Assembly (NCBI GenBank): GCA_963806855.1
Contig: CAWDYW010000002.1
Location: 128,001-192,000, forward strand
Direction: 5' to 3'
DNA from: an uncultured Verrucomicrobiae bacterium
Lineage (GTDB): Bacteria > Chlamydiota > Chlamydiia > Chlamydiales > Rhabdochlamydiaceae
DNA length: 64,000 nt
Shown: positions 29,606 through 39,848 of the stretch, piece by piece
How positions within the stretch are numbered: the stretch's first letter is position 1
Layout of the letters: the number at the start of each line of letters is the position of its first letter
Translations under genes and position numbers: made by a program
The notes under the pieces: generated by a model
What the model was told of the DNA's origin: nothing
Seen by the model: the letters and a program-made list of their open reading frames with translations, nothing else
Databases searched by the model: none

Positions 29606-30100
29606 TCATTTCTTCAGAAAAGCTGCGATGCTAAAAGCACCACTTCCGATGGTAATTATACCCAAGACTAATCCAAAACTAGCCCCCCCTACTGATCCAT
29701 AGGACGAATAGGCCAAAGATGCCATCACCAAAAAGTTAATCGTCTTTGCGACCGCGCTGATGACTTGATCGGCGACGGCTGCGCAATTTTTCATCGACTC
29801 ATTTCCATAATTTTGAACTAGAGTGTTAATCACCGGCGTAGATAGCAACACTGCCACCCCTGCGAAGGCAATCGGATGAAATAGACCAACACGAACGTAA
29901 GAGGTTAATATCACGATGAATGCCGCGGTTGCAACCTGAGCACATTTTGTAACCAGTAACGCAAGGTCCCGCAATACTGGATGCGCATCCTTATCAATTG
30001 TTTTAGCAAGATATTCTCCACCAGCTCCTGCCAGCACAAAGGCAGAACCTGCCAATATGCCAACTGCTACTATATCAGCTTCAGCACCACCATGACTCAT
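29606..30100 (-). CDS. Hypothetical multi-pass membrane protein
   Basis: 164-aa hydrophobic ORF with AAGGAG RBS. Confidence 0.7.
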   Translation of the reverse strand: MSHGGAEADIVAVGILAGSAFVLAGAGGEYLAKTIDKDAHPVLRDLALLVTKCAQVATAAFIVILTSYVRVGLFHPIAFAGVAVLLSTPVINTLVQNYGNESMKNCAAVADQVISAVAKTINFLVMASLAYSSYGSVGGASFGLVLGIITIGSGAFSIAAFLKK

Positions 30101-30234
30101 AGTATAACTCCTTTAATTAAAGTATTAATGTGAGTATTATATGATATATTGCAATTAATGAAAAGGATGGTTTTTCTAAAATTATTTATGTTAAAAACAA
30201 CTGTTTTCTACTATAAGGAATAGTGGAGAGCACA

Positions 30235-31557
30235 TTATCCACCTATTCGATTGAAGCCTCTAAAAAGCCACTTAGAATACGGGCAGTAGCCGGCCTGCCA
30301 ACGGTTGTATAGGAGCTTATTCCATTTTCGCCTTGCTTTGAATTGGGCAAGGGACTCTAGCTCTTTCTTTTCTTTGACAGCTGAAAATGTCTCAGGAGTG
30401 ATTGCTTTGTAGTGCTGCACGGCGGTCCAGTCGGTGAAAATTTTGCTCTCTAATCTGGCTTGTTTGAGATCGGAGAGAAGCATGGCCCAAGCAAAGCGTA
30501 AAGCAGCTTTTTTAGATGCAAGAGAGCAGCAGTCATGACCTTTTGAAAATCCAGGAGCGATAGAGGCGAACTCTTTGCAAAGGGCATCTTTTTCGGCCTG
30601 CCCCGTAGGAGAGAGTTTGGCTGGCAATGTTCGATAGAAATATTGTCGAGCCGATTCTTCGTCTTTCAAGGGAAATGAATTAATTTCCCTATCGATTTCC
30701 ATAGTAAATAGGGAGTGGTCAATCTTATAAACCTCAAGAGTTGTATATTCAGGATAGGCACCTGTCCCGCGATTGCCAACTGCCATATAGTCACCATAAA
30801 AGGCGAGAGCAATAGCATGAGAATACCAACCTGCCGATTTAAAGGTGAGCTTTCGATCCTGAATTCTGGCAACGATTTTCTTAGTGGACTTTTCACTATA
30901 GGCTGAAGACAATGCTTCTTGAAGGATTGCTGCCTTCTCTGAGCCCAGTTGGTGATGTTTAAAATCGTCTGACTCTTGGAACTTGGCGAGTGCACCCGCA
31001 AGAGAGTCAAACATCCAGGTGCCCGAAGTTCCTTGGAGATCGAAGGAATTTCCATGAACTTCAACAGTGCTTTTCCATCCGAGCCAATGAGAAAGAGTCT
31101 TAAGCTCCAAATAACTTTTTTCATAGTCATTGAACTCAAAAAAAGGCTTTAATTTGAGAGAACCCCAAAGTCGACTGTAGTTCAAAGAGTCAGTACTCAA
31201 ATTTGGGTGAATCTTATGAATATCGGACATATCGATCAAACTTGAAGTAATATTTTTGACAAAGGGATTAATAAGAAGGGCTTGAATACTACATAATGCT
31301 ACATTAGACACAATTAGAAATTCAAGGCTCGGGTCCTCACCAAACAAATTGGCGAGGAAAGCAAGGGAGCTGCGGATAACAAAGTCTATGCAGGCGATTA
31401 GGGCTATTCCTATGAGTGCTAGTTCGGTCGCGACCCGTCCAATTAAGCCATTATTTTCATTTCGCCATGCGCAAATATCAAAAAGGAATTCCCCATAGCT
31501 CGGAAATTCGATCCCGATGAAGTCGGCGTGGGTATAATATGAACAGCATTTAAGCAT
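30235..31557 (-). CDS. Hypothetical membrane-anchored protein, possible cysteine peptidase-like effector
   Basis: N-terminal hydrophobic hairpin; GWYSHAIALAF...GNRG...DCCSLAS. Confidence 0.7.
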   Translation of the reverse strand: MLKCCSYYTHADFIGIEFPSYGEFLFDICAWRNENNGLIGRVATELALIGIALIACIDFVIRSSLAFLANLFGEDPSLEFLIVSNVALCSIQALLINPFVKNITSSLIDMSDIHKIHPNLSTDSLNYSRLWGSLKLKPFFEFNDYEKSYLELKTLSHWLGWKSTVEVHGNSFDLQGTSGTWMFDSLAGALAKFQESDDFKHHQLGSEKAAILQEALSSAYSEKSTKKIVARIQDRKLTFKSAGWYSHAIALAFYGDYMAVGNRGTGAYPEYTTLEVYKIDHSLFTMEIDREINSFPLKDEESARQYFYRTLPAKLSPTGQAEKDALCKEFASIAPGFSKGHDCCSLASKKAALRFAWAMLLSDLKQARLESKIFTDWTAVQHYKAITPETFSAVKEKKELESLAQFKARRKWNKLLYNRWQAGYCPYSKWLFRGFNRIGG

Positions 31558-31568
31558 GCCAAAGGTTA

Positions 31569-31619
31569 TAGCAGAACTACAGTTGTTTTTGAATCGATTT
31601 CACCGACTTCTTAAGCCCT
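31569..31619 (-). pseudogene. Relic of the pknD 3' end
   Basis: 47/51 identical to 33330-33380; coding differences are synonymous. Confidence 0.88.
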
Positions 31620-31658
31620 CAGCATTAAGGGGGCAAAATTTTCCCTATCCTGAAAGTG

Positions 31659-33114
31659 TCAATCTTTGTCTTGTATCTGAAGCAGCTCGCTAAAATCTAT
31701 CAATTTAATAAAATAATCGGCATCAACAAGAGCATCTGTTAATCCATTTAAATGAATTAATACTGGAACAGCTGAATATCCCTTAGGAATTTTCAATGCT
31801 TTTAATTTGGCTTTCATTTCTTTTATTACTTCGGGGGTAATCGGATGATGAGAAAACTTGATTTCACAGACATACAGAGTATTATACCGTGTTTGAATCA
31901 TATAATCAATTTGACAACCGGCCCTTTTTGATGATTTTGATTGATAATATGGATTTTCGAAAACAATATCCTCTACCTCAATCCCTAATTCATTCCATAT
32001 GGCAGGCCTATTATTGAGTACGAGACTTTCAAATTGAAGACCCATCATCCCTTCCCACCCAGGCAACCGGAACGGAGATGCCTTCTTAAATAATCCTTTC
32101 TTGATTTTTCTTAGATAGAGGAGAAATATATTTAAGGTAATACCTAAGATAATTATCGCGAATTCTATATTTGCTGGTCTTTAGCTCTTCGCCTTCGCGA
32201 ATTGACCAGTTATGTTCTCGTTCCAAAAGACCTGAAACTATTAAATCTTCAAGATATTCACTTAAAGGCCCACCACTGGGATAACCAATCGAATGTGCAA
32301 TTTCATCATATGATTTAGCGCCATCTCGAAGTGAGGTGACTATTTTTTTGCATATTGGTACTCTCTTTCCAAACAAATCTGTAAAAATATATTTAAACTC
32401 TTCAACAAATAGACCATCGGGCTCAAAACAGAGCCTTCGAATGTTTTCAGCAATAGGAATGATTGGATTGATGAGCTCAATGTACCATGGGACTCCGCCT
32501 GTAACGGCAAGGGCCATGAATTTTTCTTGGGCCGAACCTTTAAATCCTCGTGATTCCAAGAGGCTGTTACATTCGCTTAGTGAGAGCTCTTCAAGAGTCA
32601 ATTTTAGAGAAATGCGTCCTACAAATCCTGTGCTACTTATAATATTTTTCTCAATCCATGATGAAATCGACCCACAAAGGATAAGGATTAGTCGAGGGTT
32701 TTTCTGAAAATACTGTTCCCAAACTACTTTCAATTTCCCCAAGAATACAGCATCCTTTGAGCCCATCCATGTGATTTCATCAAGCAGAATGACAACTTCT
32801 TCTTTTTGAGTAGCCTCTGCAAGTACGGTAAATAGGTCGCCCCAGTCCTTTAAATTTTCCAGTCCGGGAATCCCAAGCTGCTTCTTTATCTGCCTTGCAA
32901 ATTCCACTCTTTGCGCTTGTGCCGTTGTGTCTCTAGTTGGAGCTATACCTTCAAAGCGAAGGAATCTTTTTCGCTTGGTAAATTCTTCAATCAGTCGGCT
33001 TTTACCAATACGCCTCCGACCTTTAATGACAACAAGCGATGCAACCCTTCTCCCTAAAAGGAGCTGCAAACTTTTTAATTCTGCCTTTCTTCCTATGAAC
33101 GGTGTATTCTTCAT
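31659..33114 (-). CDS. AAA+ ATPase (archaeal-ATPase-like) with winged-helix and C-terminal PD-(D/E)XK domain; frameshift in an A-run near 32107
   Basis: FIGRKAEL, GRRRIGKS Walker A, ILLDE Walker B, TGGVPWY, QIDYMI...VCEIKF. Confidence 0.85.
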
Positions 33115-33133
33115 TCGGCAATACTCCTTTAGC

Positions 33134-33227
33134 ATCTTACGCAAAATAGTCATTTTACCATTCTGCGTAAGATATCTCAAGAAAAATAACTTACGCAAAA
33201 TGGTCATTTTTCCATTTTGCGTAAGAT
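33134..33227. promoter_or_regulatory. Two tandem palindromic operator-like sites upstream of the ATPase
   Basis: CTTACGCAAAAT-N-ATT(C/T)TGCGTAAG at 33134-33173 and 33190-33227. Confidence 0.7.
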
Positions 33228-33290
33228 GATATAGGGATCAAAAAATCAAAATACGATTTGGTGCAGCAAGGAAATTTTGTTTTCCATTGA

Positions 33291-33331
33291 TAAAAGTGCA
33301 TACAGAAATAAAATAAGTGTATGCACTTTTA
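33291..33331. promoter_or_regulatory. Palindrome (operator or terminator) just downstream of pknD
   Basis: TAAAAGTGCATACA-N13-TGTATGCACTTTTA. Confidence 0.55.
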
Positions 33332-33337
33332 GCAGAT

Positions 33338-35878
33338 CTAGAGTTGTTTTTGAATCGATTTCACCGACTTCTTCAGTCCTTCATCGTCTAGGCAATGGCT
33401 AAAAAGCTCGAGCTGCTGCATCAACTTGAGTTTTTCCCAGTAGAAGGCGCTCGCGATCCACCCTTTTTTGAGGTTGATGCGGCCGATCAGATAGTGGGAG
33501 AGGAGCAAAGAGGTGGGAGGGAAGGCCCGTTCGGAGATGTTGGTGAGGTGAGCCAGCGCTGGTTGCTCTCCTTTTTCATGGGCTAGGTAGCAGCCGTAGA
33601 GGAAAAAGGATGGATCGGTTTCGGTCTTCCATTTTTCCGGATCGGTGCTCTTGATGATTTGGGTCGCAGTATCCCACTCACTTTTGGAGAGAGCTTTCCA
33701 GAGGGGGAGGAGGGAGGGTTTGCCGGTCTTGAGGGCATACTCATTGCGGGCTTGCTCGAGCTGTTCGCCCAGTCCCTCTAGGACTGAGAGATCGGCCAGG
33801 TCCTCGCAGCCAAGCAAAATGAGTCCGACTTGGGCGTTTTGGGCGTCGAGGGGGGAAAGCCCGCTTTCGAGCAGTTCGAGCAGGACGAGCGGTTTGTTGA
33901 GCCAGAAGGCCAGTTGGGTCATCAGGTAGATATTGCGATCGATAGATAGGGCGAAGAAGGGGAGTGGTTCGAGGTTTTGCTCGAGGACGGTGGCGATGTC
34001 GGTTGCTTCGGGCAGCTGGGAGAGATGGCGGAGGACGATCAGGGCGAAGCGGTAGGCCACTTGCCTGTTTTTTTGGCTCGCTTCATGCAGGCGGGAGAGG
34101 ATGTTTTCGATCAGGATGGGCCTTAAGGGGTGGGTGGGGAATTTGCGCAGAGCCAGTTCTAGGCATTTTGCCTCTTCTTCGAATTCTCCTTGCGCTTTGT
34201 AGACGAGCGACTTGCCCAAGTACTCAAGCGGGGCGCTCGGAGTGGTGTGGAGCTTTTCAAACTCATCATGCGCCTCTGCGTAGAGGGTCTCGCGACGGTT
34301 TTTGAGCCGCTCTTCGGAGGCTTTTTTGAGCAGGGTGATGCCGGCGCGGAAGGTCGCTTCACGCCCTTCGGCACGGCCGGGGAACGAGTCGGAGATTTTT
34401 CGGTATTCGGCGAGCGCTTCGTTGTAGTCTCTGCGGGCGAGGAAGGCGTCGGGGATGGCGAGGCAATTGACCATGATATTTTGGCTGCCGACCGCGACTT
34501 GGAGGGGAGTGAGAGTGAAGTCGCCGTCGCGCATCAGGAGGCCGATGTGGGAGCCGGAGAGGGGGATGTGGCTTAAAAATCCAAATTTTTGCACTCCGTC
34601 TAGATAGAAGCGGACATGGTTGCCGATATGCTCGATTTTCACAGCGTGGGGATGGTCTTTCTCAAGGTGCAGGTGGGGGAGGTTGAGCACTTCGACGTTG
34701 GAGCGGTAGAGACGGACCCCATTGTGAGAGAGCCATAGGCAGTAGGCCTCTTCGATCCCCTTTGCAACCGAGAAGAGGATCCCGAGCCCTTTGCTCTGCT
34801 CTTTGAGGGTGAGATTCGTCTCGATTTTGATGTTCCCGGGGAAAGGCGATTTCGAGATCATCAGGTTGACCCATTCGAGCAGATCGATGCCGCGGGTGAT
34901 TGCCATGTGCTTAGAGAGAGCCACATTTTCCTGAAAGAGCCAATCTTCTTTCCGGTCGATTTGCAGCGCTGCCAGCTCCATCCATTCTGGGAGCCCTTCG
35001 ATGTAGTTTTCGAGATCTTTGATCAGAGCTGAGACGCTTTGGTACCGCTCGTCTGGATTTTTGGCGAGGCACTTGAGGGCGATGTGGGAGAGGTGGGGAG
35101 AGATGTCTCGATCGGGAGCAGCCTGTTCGGGTGGGAGGATCGCTTCGTGTTCGTGGAGCTTTTTGAACTCCTTGAGCGATTTTCGTTGGAAGGGAAACTG
35201 GAGGGTGAGGATTTGGTAGAGCATTACGCCGAGTGAATAGACGTCGCTGAGCACATCAGAGGGTGAGCCAAAAGCGCGCTCAGGTGCCATGTAGAGCAGG
35301 GTGCCGGGGATTTTGCCAGGCTGGGTGATCTGCGGATTTTCTTCTTTGATCTCGAGGGTGTTGTTTTCAGGTTGACCGATGAAATTGGCCAGCCCCCAAT
35401 CGAGAATGATCACCTCGCCGAATTTCCCGACGATGATGTTTTCAGGCTTTAAGTCCCGGTGGAGCACCCCGCGTGAGTGGACATAGGCGATAGCGCCACA
35501 GATGCTGAGGAAAATACGGACCAGCGCTTGGACAGAGGAGCCGATCGCGTGGAGCGGTTCTCCCTTTTTCGATTGCTCTTTGGTCTTGCGCAAGATCTCT
35601 TTCAGCGTATCGCCTTCGATCCTGGGCATCGTATAAAACGGAACTTTTTCATCGATCGAGTAGATCGGGATGATGCTCGGGTGAGAGAGCTGTGCAGCGA
35701 TGCGAGCTTCACGCAAAAACCGCTCCTGCATCGTCTTATTCTGGACCCACTGCTCGCGCATCGTCTTGAGGGCCACTTGCCGTCCGCAGATCGGATCCTG
35801 AGCCAGAAAAACCTCGCCCATGCCGCCGACGCCCAGCGTCCCTAAAATCTGAAATTCGCCTATCTTTTTTTCAGTCAC
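33338..35878 (-). CDS. pknD: Serine/threonine protein kinase PknD
   Basis: LGVGGMGEV, VALK, HRDLKPEN, DWG, GTLLYMAPE; C-terminal TPR-like region; chlamydial synteny with valS; GTG start inferred. Confidence 0.88.
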   Translation of the reverse strand: MTEKKIGEFQILGTLGVGGMGEVFLAQDPICGRQVALKTMREQWVQNKTMQERFLREARIAAQLSHPSIIPIYSIDEKVPFYTMPRIEGDTLKEILRKTKEQSKKGEPLHAIGSSVQALVRIFLSICGAIAYVHSRGVLHRDLKPENIIVGKFGEVIILDWGLANFIGQPENNTLEIKEENPQITQPGKIPGTLLYMAPERAFGSPSDVLSDVYSLGVMLYQILTLQFPFQRKSLKEFKKLHEHEAILPPEQAAPDRDISPHLSHIALKCLAKNPDERYQSVSALIKDLENYIEGLPEWMELAALQIDRKEDWLFQENVALSKHMAITRGIDLLEWVNLMISKSPFPGNIKIETNLTLKEQSKGLGILFSVAKGIEEAYCLWLSHNGVRLYRSNVEVLNLPHLHLEKDHPHAVKIEHIGNHVRFYLDGVQKFGFLSHIPLSGSHIGLLMRDGDFTLTPLQVAVGSQNIMVNCLAIPDAFLARRDYNEALAEYRKISDSFPGRAEGREATFRAGITLLKKASEERLKNRRETLYAEAHDEFEKLHTTPSAPLEYLGKSLVYKAQGEFEEEAKCLELALRKFPTHPLRPILIENILSRLHEASQKNRQVAYRFALIVLRHLSQLPEATDIATVLEQNLEPLPFFALSIDRNIYLMTQLAFWLNKPLVLLELLESGLSPLDAQNAQVGLILLGCEDLADLSVLEGLGEQLEQARNEYALKTGKPSLLPLWKALSKSEWDTATQIIKSTDPEKWKTETDPSFFLYGCYLAHEKGEQPALAHLTNISERAFPPTSLLLSHYLIGRINLKKGWIASAFYWEKLKLMQQLELFSHCLDDEGLKKSVKSIQKQL

Positions 35879-35943
35879 AATGTTAATTAAATCCCATAGT
35901 AGGCTAATATAATCAATCGAAAAATGCAATCCGAGCAGAGGTT

Positions 35944-37189
35944 ATGGACGAAGAAACTAAAATTACACCATGGGAAGTGACATCGACGGACCGGGATCGA
36001 CTATTTGAAGGTGATCCGGGAGTTCGGGTGCCAACCGATCGACGGGGCAATCGTGCGCCGTTTTGAAAAAGTGACCGGCATGCGGGCTCATCCCTGGCTC
36101 CGCCGCGGTATTTTCTTCTCCCACAAAGACCTCAATCTAGTGCTCGATGCCTACGAGAAAGGGGAGGAGATCTACCTCTACACCGGCCGCGGGCCCAGTT
36201 CCGAATCGCTCCACCTTGGCCACATGGTCCCGTTCATGTTCACCAAGTATTTGCAGACGGCCCTCGATGCGATTGTCGTTGTCCAGATGACCGACGACGA
36301 GAAATATTATTTCAAAGAAGGGCTGCCGCTCGAAGAGGCCAACCGGCTGACCCGTCTCAATGCCAGAGACATCATCGCTTGCGGCTTCAATCCGAAGAAG
36401 ACCTGGATCTTTTCCAATCTCGAAACCGTCGGCGGCTCCTTCTACCGCAACATCGTCAAAATCATGAAGCACACCTCTGGGAATCTGGTCCACGGCATCT
36501 ACGGCCTAGACCTCAGCAACAATATCGGACAGTTGAGCTGGCCCTGCTTCCAAGCTGCCCCCGCCTTCAGCACCTCCTTTGCCAACATCTTCGGCGACGC
36601 CCAAGTCCTCTGCCTCGTCCCGATGGCGATCGACCAGTACCCCTACTTCCGGATGGCCCGCGAGATCGCTCATAAACTCGACTACCTCAAGCCCGCCACC
36701 ATTCAGTCCCGCTTTCTCCCCAGCCTCGAACAGGCCCACGACAAAGCGAGCTCGACAGGGACAAAAGAGGTGATCTTCATGAACGATACCCAAGAGGCCC
36801 TCACCAAAAAGATCCGCGAGAAAGCCTTCTCTGGCGGCGGGATGACCAAGCAAGAGCATATCGAAAAAGGGGCCAACCTCGCTGTCGATGTCCCCTACCA
36901 CTACCTCCTCTACTTCCTCGATGATGACCAAGAACTCGAGCGGATCGCCCGAGAGTATAAAGCGGGGCGGATGATGACCTCCGAAGTGAAAAAGAAGACC
37001 ATCGAAGTCGTCTGGAACGTCCTCAAGGAACACCAAGAGGGGCGCCGTCTTGTCACCGACGAGATGGTCGATCTCTTCATGGACCCCGATCGCGATTTTG
37101 ACCATAGCCGCCATCCTAGGGAAAAGATCGCCCATAACGAGGAAGAGCAGCACCTGGGCTTCCATTTCGACCCTTATTTCAGTGGTTAA
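35944..37189 (+). CDS. trpS: Tryptophan--tRNA ligase, eukaryotic/archaeal type; frameshift near 35990
   Basis: ITPWEV, LRRGIFFSH, YLYTGRGPSSESLHLGH, AIDQ.PYFR, AFSGG. Confidence 0.93.
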
Positions 37190-37210
37190 ACACCCTCTCT
37201 ATGGGTTATA

Positions 37211-37369
37211 CCCCGACTCGCCCAAAAGTGTGAATTTGGACCCACGCGAAAGCTCTCGCGGTTCAGCTGTTTTTCCGAGGGTAGTATCGAATATATACAA
37301 CCCTCGGAAAAACAGTTGAACCCCGAGGCTTTGGCGCGGTCCAAATTCACACTTTTGGGCGAGTCGGGG
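37211..37369. mobile_element. Palindromic element family A, full 159-bp copy in the opposite orientation to 22905
   Basis: Near-exact reverse complement of 22905-23063; TATA on both sides. Confidence 0.9.
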
Positions 37370-37386
37370 TATAGCCAAGAAAGAAA

Positions 37387-37462
37387 GAACGCAAAGACGC
37401 GAAGGCGCTAAGATTAAAAAAAATATTTTTTTGCGTCTTAGCGCCTTCGCGTCTTTGCGTTC
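37387..37462. repeat. Palindromic element family B
   Basis: GAACGCAAAGACGCGAAGGCGCTAAGA...TCTTAGCGCCTTCGCGTCTTTGCGTTC. Confidence 0.88.
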
Positions 37463-37580
37463 AAACAGACATGTATATATAACTAACTATCTAATATTTA
37501 GCATATTACGAAATAGTATAGCCATTATTGTAATTAATATTTAATTATGATATAATTAAGTATATAATAATGGAGATAAT

Positions 37581-38618
37581 ATGTTTTTAAACAGATCGTT
37601 AAATAATTCTGTTCCAAGTTTGGCGAATTTAGCAGCTGATGCCCTATTACAAAACCCTCAGCAGGCTTTAAAAAGTTACACAGATAAAGATTCATTTTTA
37701 CAAGTCTATCCGCTTAAGATCAGTGAATTTACTTCATTCGATCTTAGCCAATTACAAGCAGCTATACAAAAATTGGAGCTGCCTGAAGGGGTCCTCATCT
37801 ACACGACTGGAAGCGACGGAAAACTAGAAAAGAGCTGTCGGTCAGAATCACCTATTGAACTAATCGTCGTATGCGATTCAAAAATAAAAGGTGTAGTTGC
37901 AGCAAAAATCGATTCTTTATTTAAAAGTAAGCTGCTCCTAATAGACAGGAGGATAGAATATAAAGATCCTAAATCCGATTCTCTTCTTATCTGCGTTACT
38001 ACTAACACATTCATTCCATCGCGCTTTCTTCATAATCTCAGGCTTATCGGATCAGATCAACAGATGGAGGAATTAACCCTTAAATTTGTGAGTGATATCC
38101 AACAAATGACAACGGGGAAGCACAGTGATAGATCAAAATTTGTCGACGGCTTTGTTGTAAAACATACTAATCAAATGAATAAAGTCATCAGTGGAAAGGA
38201 CTCCAATGATGTCGACTTAGCAAAAGGGGTAATTTCTTATTCAGGCATGGGAAGAAAGGCAACAAAATACTCTCTGCTACGCCCTATTCAATACACCCTA
38301 GATTTAGTTCTAATTGACGCGATTAGATCAAAAGCTAAGACCCAAGCAGAATACGCTCAAATCTTAAGAGATATGCCAAGACGAGTGCCAGAACAAATCG
38401 ATTACATGAGGGAAATAGGACTACTACCACGTCTTTCTGAGGAGGATGTTAGAGATCTAAAAAAAGCTTATACTTTAGGGCTGTTTTATTTCCAAACGTC
38501 GCAGCACCTGGTCTCCACAAGGGAGAATGGGCAAGTGCAATTTCCAATTTCAGATAAAGAAGAGTTGGTAAAAGCGTACAAAGATACACAGCGAATCTTA
38601 AAAATACTGAGAAAGTAA
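37581..38618 (+). CDS. Hypothetical protein, degenerate GlnD/DUF294-like nucleotidyltransferase fold
   Basis: LIYTTGSDGKLE...SPIELIVV; paralog of the next gene. Confidence 0.7.
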   Translation: MFLNRSLNNSVPSLANLAADALLQNPQQALKSYTDKDSFLQVYPLKISEFTSFDLSQLQAAIQKLELPEGVLIYTTGSDGKLEKSCRSESPIELIVVCDSKIKGVVAAKIDSLFKSKLLLIDRRIEYKDPKSDSLLICVTTNTFIPSRFLHNLRLIGSDQQMEELTLKFVSDIQQMTTGKHSDRSKFVDGFVVKHTNQMNKVISGKDSNDVDLAKGVISYSGMGRKATKYSLLRPIQYTLDLVLIDAIRSKAKTQAEYAQILRDMPRRVPEQIDYMREIGLLPRLSEEDVRDLKKAYTLGLFYFQTSQHLVSTRENGQVQFPISDKEELVKAYKDTQRILKILRK

Positions 38619-38740
38619 TACCTCAAGAATCGGTATAACTAGGCATCTGATGAGTGAATTAGTATTAAAATTTTTTTAATAATGGCTTAAATACTATAGT
38701 TTGTGGTATAATAAACCCATCTTCATTCTATAGGGTGATT

Positions 38741-39727
38741 ATGGCAGGGCATGTAAAATATACTGATTCCGCGGCTTTAGGTTTTAATAGACATGATGTT
38801 TTAGAATGGAATTCCAAAGCTCAAAAATTTTCTACAGATGAAATTTCCCGAGTCTGTCAAATTCTAAAAGGCTTGGATCTACCTTCCTCAGCGTTCATTT
38901 GTACAAGTGGTACTGCTGGGAAGTTAGAACTCACTGGGCGTGAAGAGGAACCTATCCGCCTCTGTTTGATATGCGATAAATCTATCGAAAAACAGACCAA
39001 AGATAAAGTCCGCAGCGTAATTTCTAAGTATTTCGGTGGCAACTTCCCTATTGAATGGAAAGATGCCTCTTGTCAGATTAAAGTAGGCGACATCTGCTTT
39101 CCATCTCATTTTATTCATCAGATTTTCTTGAGTGGAGACCCGAATAAGTTAGATGGCTTATTTTATCAATTTGTCAAAGAAGTCCAAGAAATGCCTGGGG
39201 AAATGCGGCAAAAATTTCGGAAACAATTCGTTGCAAGTCATCTCAGTCAATTACATCGAGTGATTGACGGAAGAGAGTCCCAAAGTGTCGATCTAGAAAA
39301 TGGGGTAATCGCCTATGGAGGACCTAAACAACAATCGACCAAACGCTCCCTTTTGCTTCCTATTCAATATGTTCTAGATTTACGTATCATCGATGCAATA
39401 CGGGTTCTTGGACATTGGCCAAAAGACTATGTCTCTTTTCTAAAATTTATGCCAAAAGCAATTCCCGAGCTCATTGAATACATGTTCAAAGAACGGCTTC
39501 TTCCAGAATTATGCAAACAAGATATTGAAGATCTACAAAACGCCTACCGGTTAGGTTTATTCTATTTTCAAATGGGACAAAATGCTTGCAACCCGCCGGA
39601 GGGTGTAGCGATAAAGCTCACAGAGGAAGACAAAGCTCGGCTCCAAAAGGCCTACGCCGATACGCAGCGCGTTTTAGGAAAAATCAAACCGGATCAATTC
39701 TGCAAAAACAGAAGCGCATTTGCCTAG
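38741..39727 (+). CDS. Paralog of 37581-38618
   Basis: Shared TSG.AGKLE, SLL.PIQY.LDL, AY.LGLFYFQ, KAY.DTQR. Confidence 0.75.
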   Translation: MAGHVKYTDSAALGFNRHDVLEWNSKAQKFSTDEISRVCQILKGLDLPSSAFICTSGTAGKLELTGREEEPIRLCLICDKSIEKQTKDKVRSVISKYFGGNFPIEWKDASCQIKVGDICFPSHFIHQIFLSGDPNKLDGLFYQFVKEVQEMPGEMRQKFRKQFVASHLSQLHRVIDGRESQSVDLENGVIAYGGPKQQSTKRSLLLPIQYVLDLRIIDAIRVLGHWPKDYVSFLKFMPKAIPELIEYMFKERLLPELCKQDIEDLQNAYRLGLFYFQMGQNACNPPEGVAIKLTEEDKARLQKAYADTQRVLGKIKPDQFCKNRSAFA

Positions 39728-39848
39728 TACTCTGTACTTTCCATAGGCGGAGATAAAAATCATAATTTTAGTTATTCCTTTTTAATGTGCGACTATTTAT
39801 AATAAACATTACGTAGTTGTAACCATAATAAACTATAGGAGAAATCAA

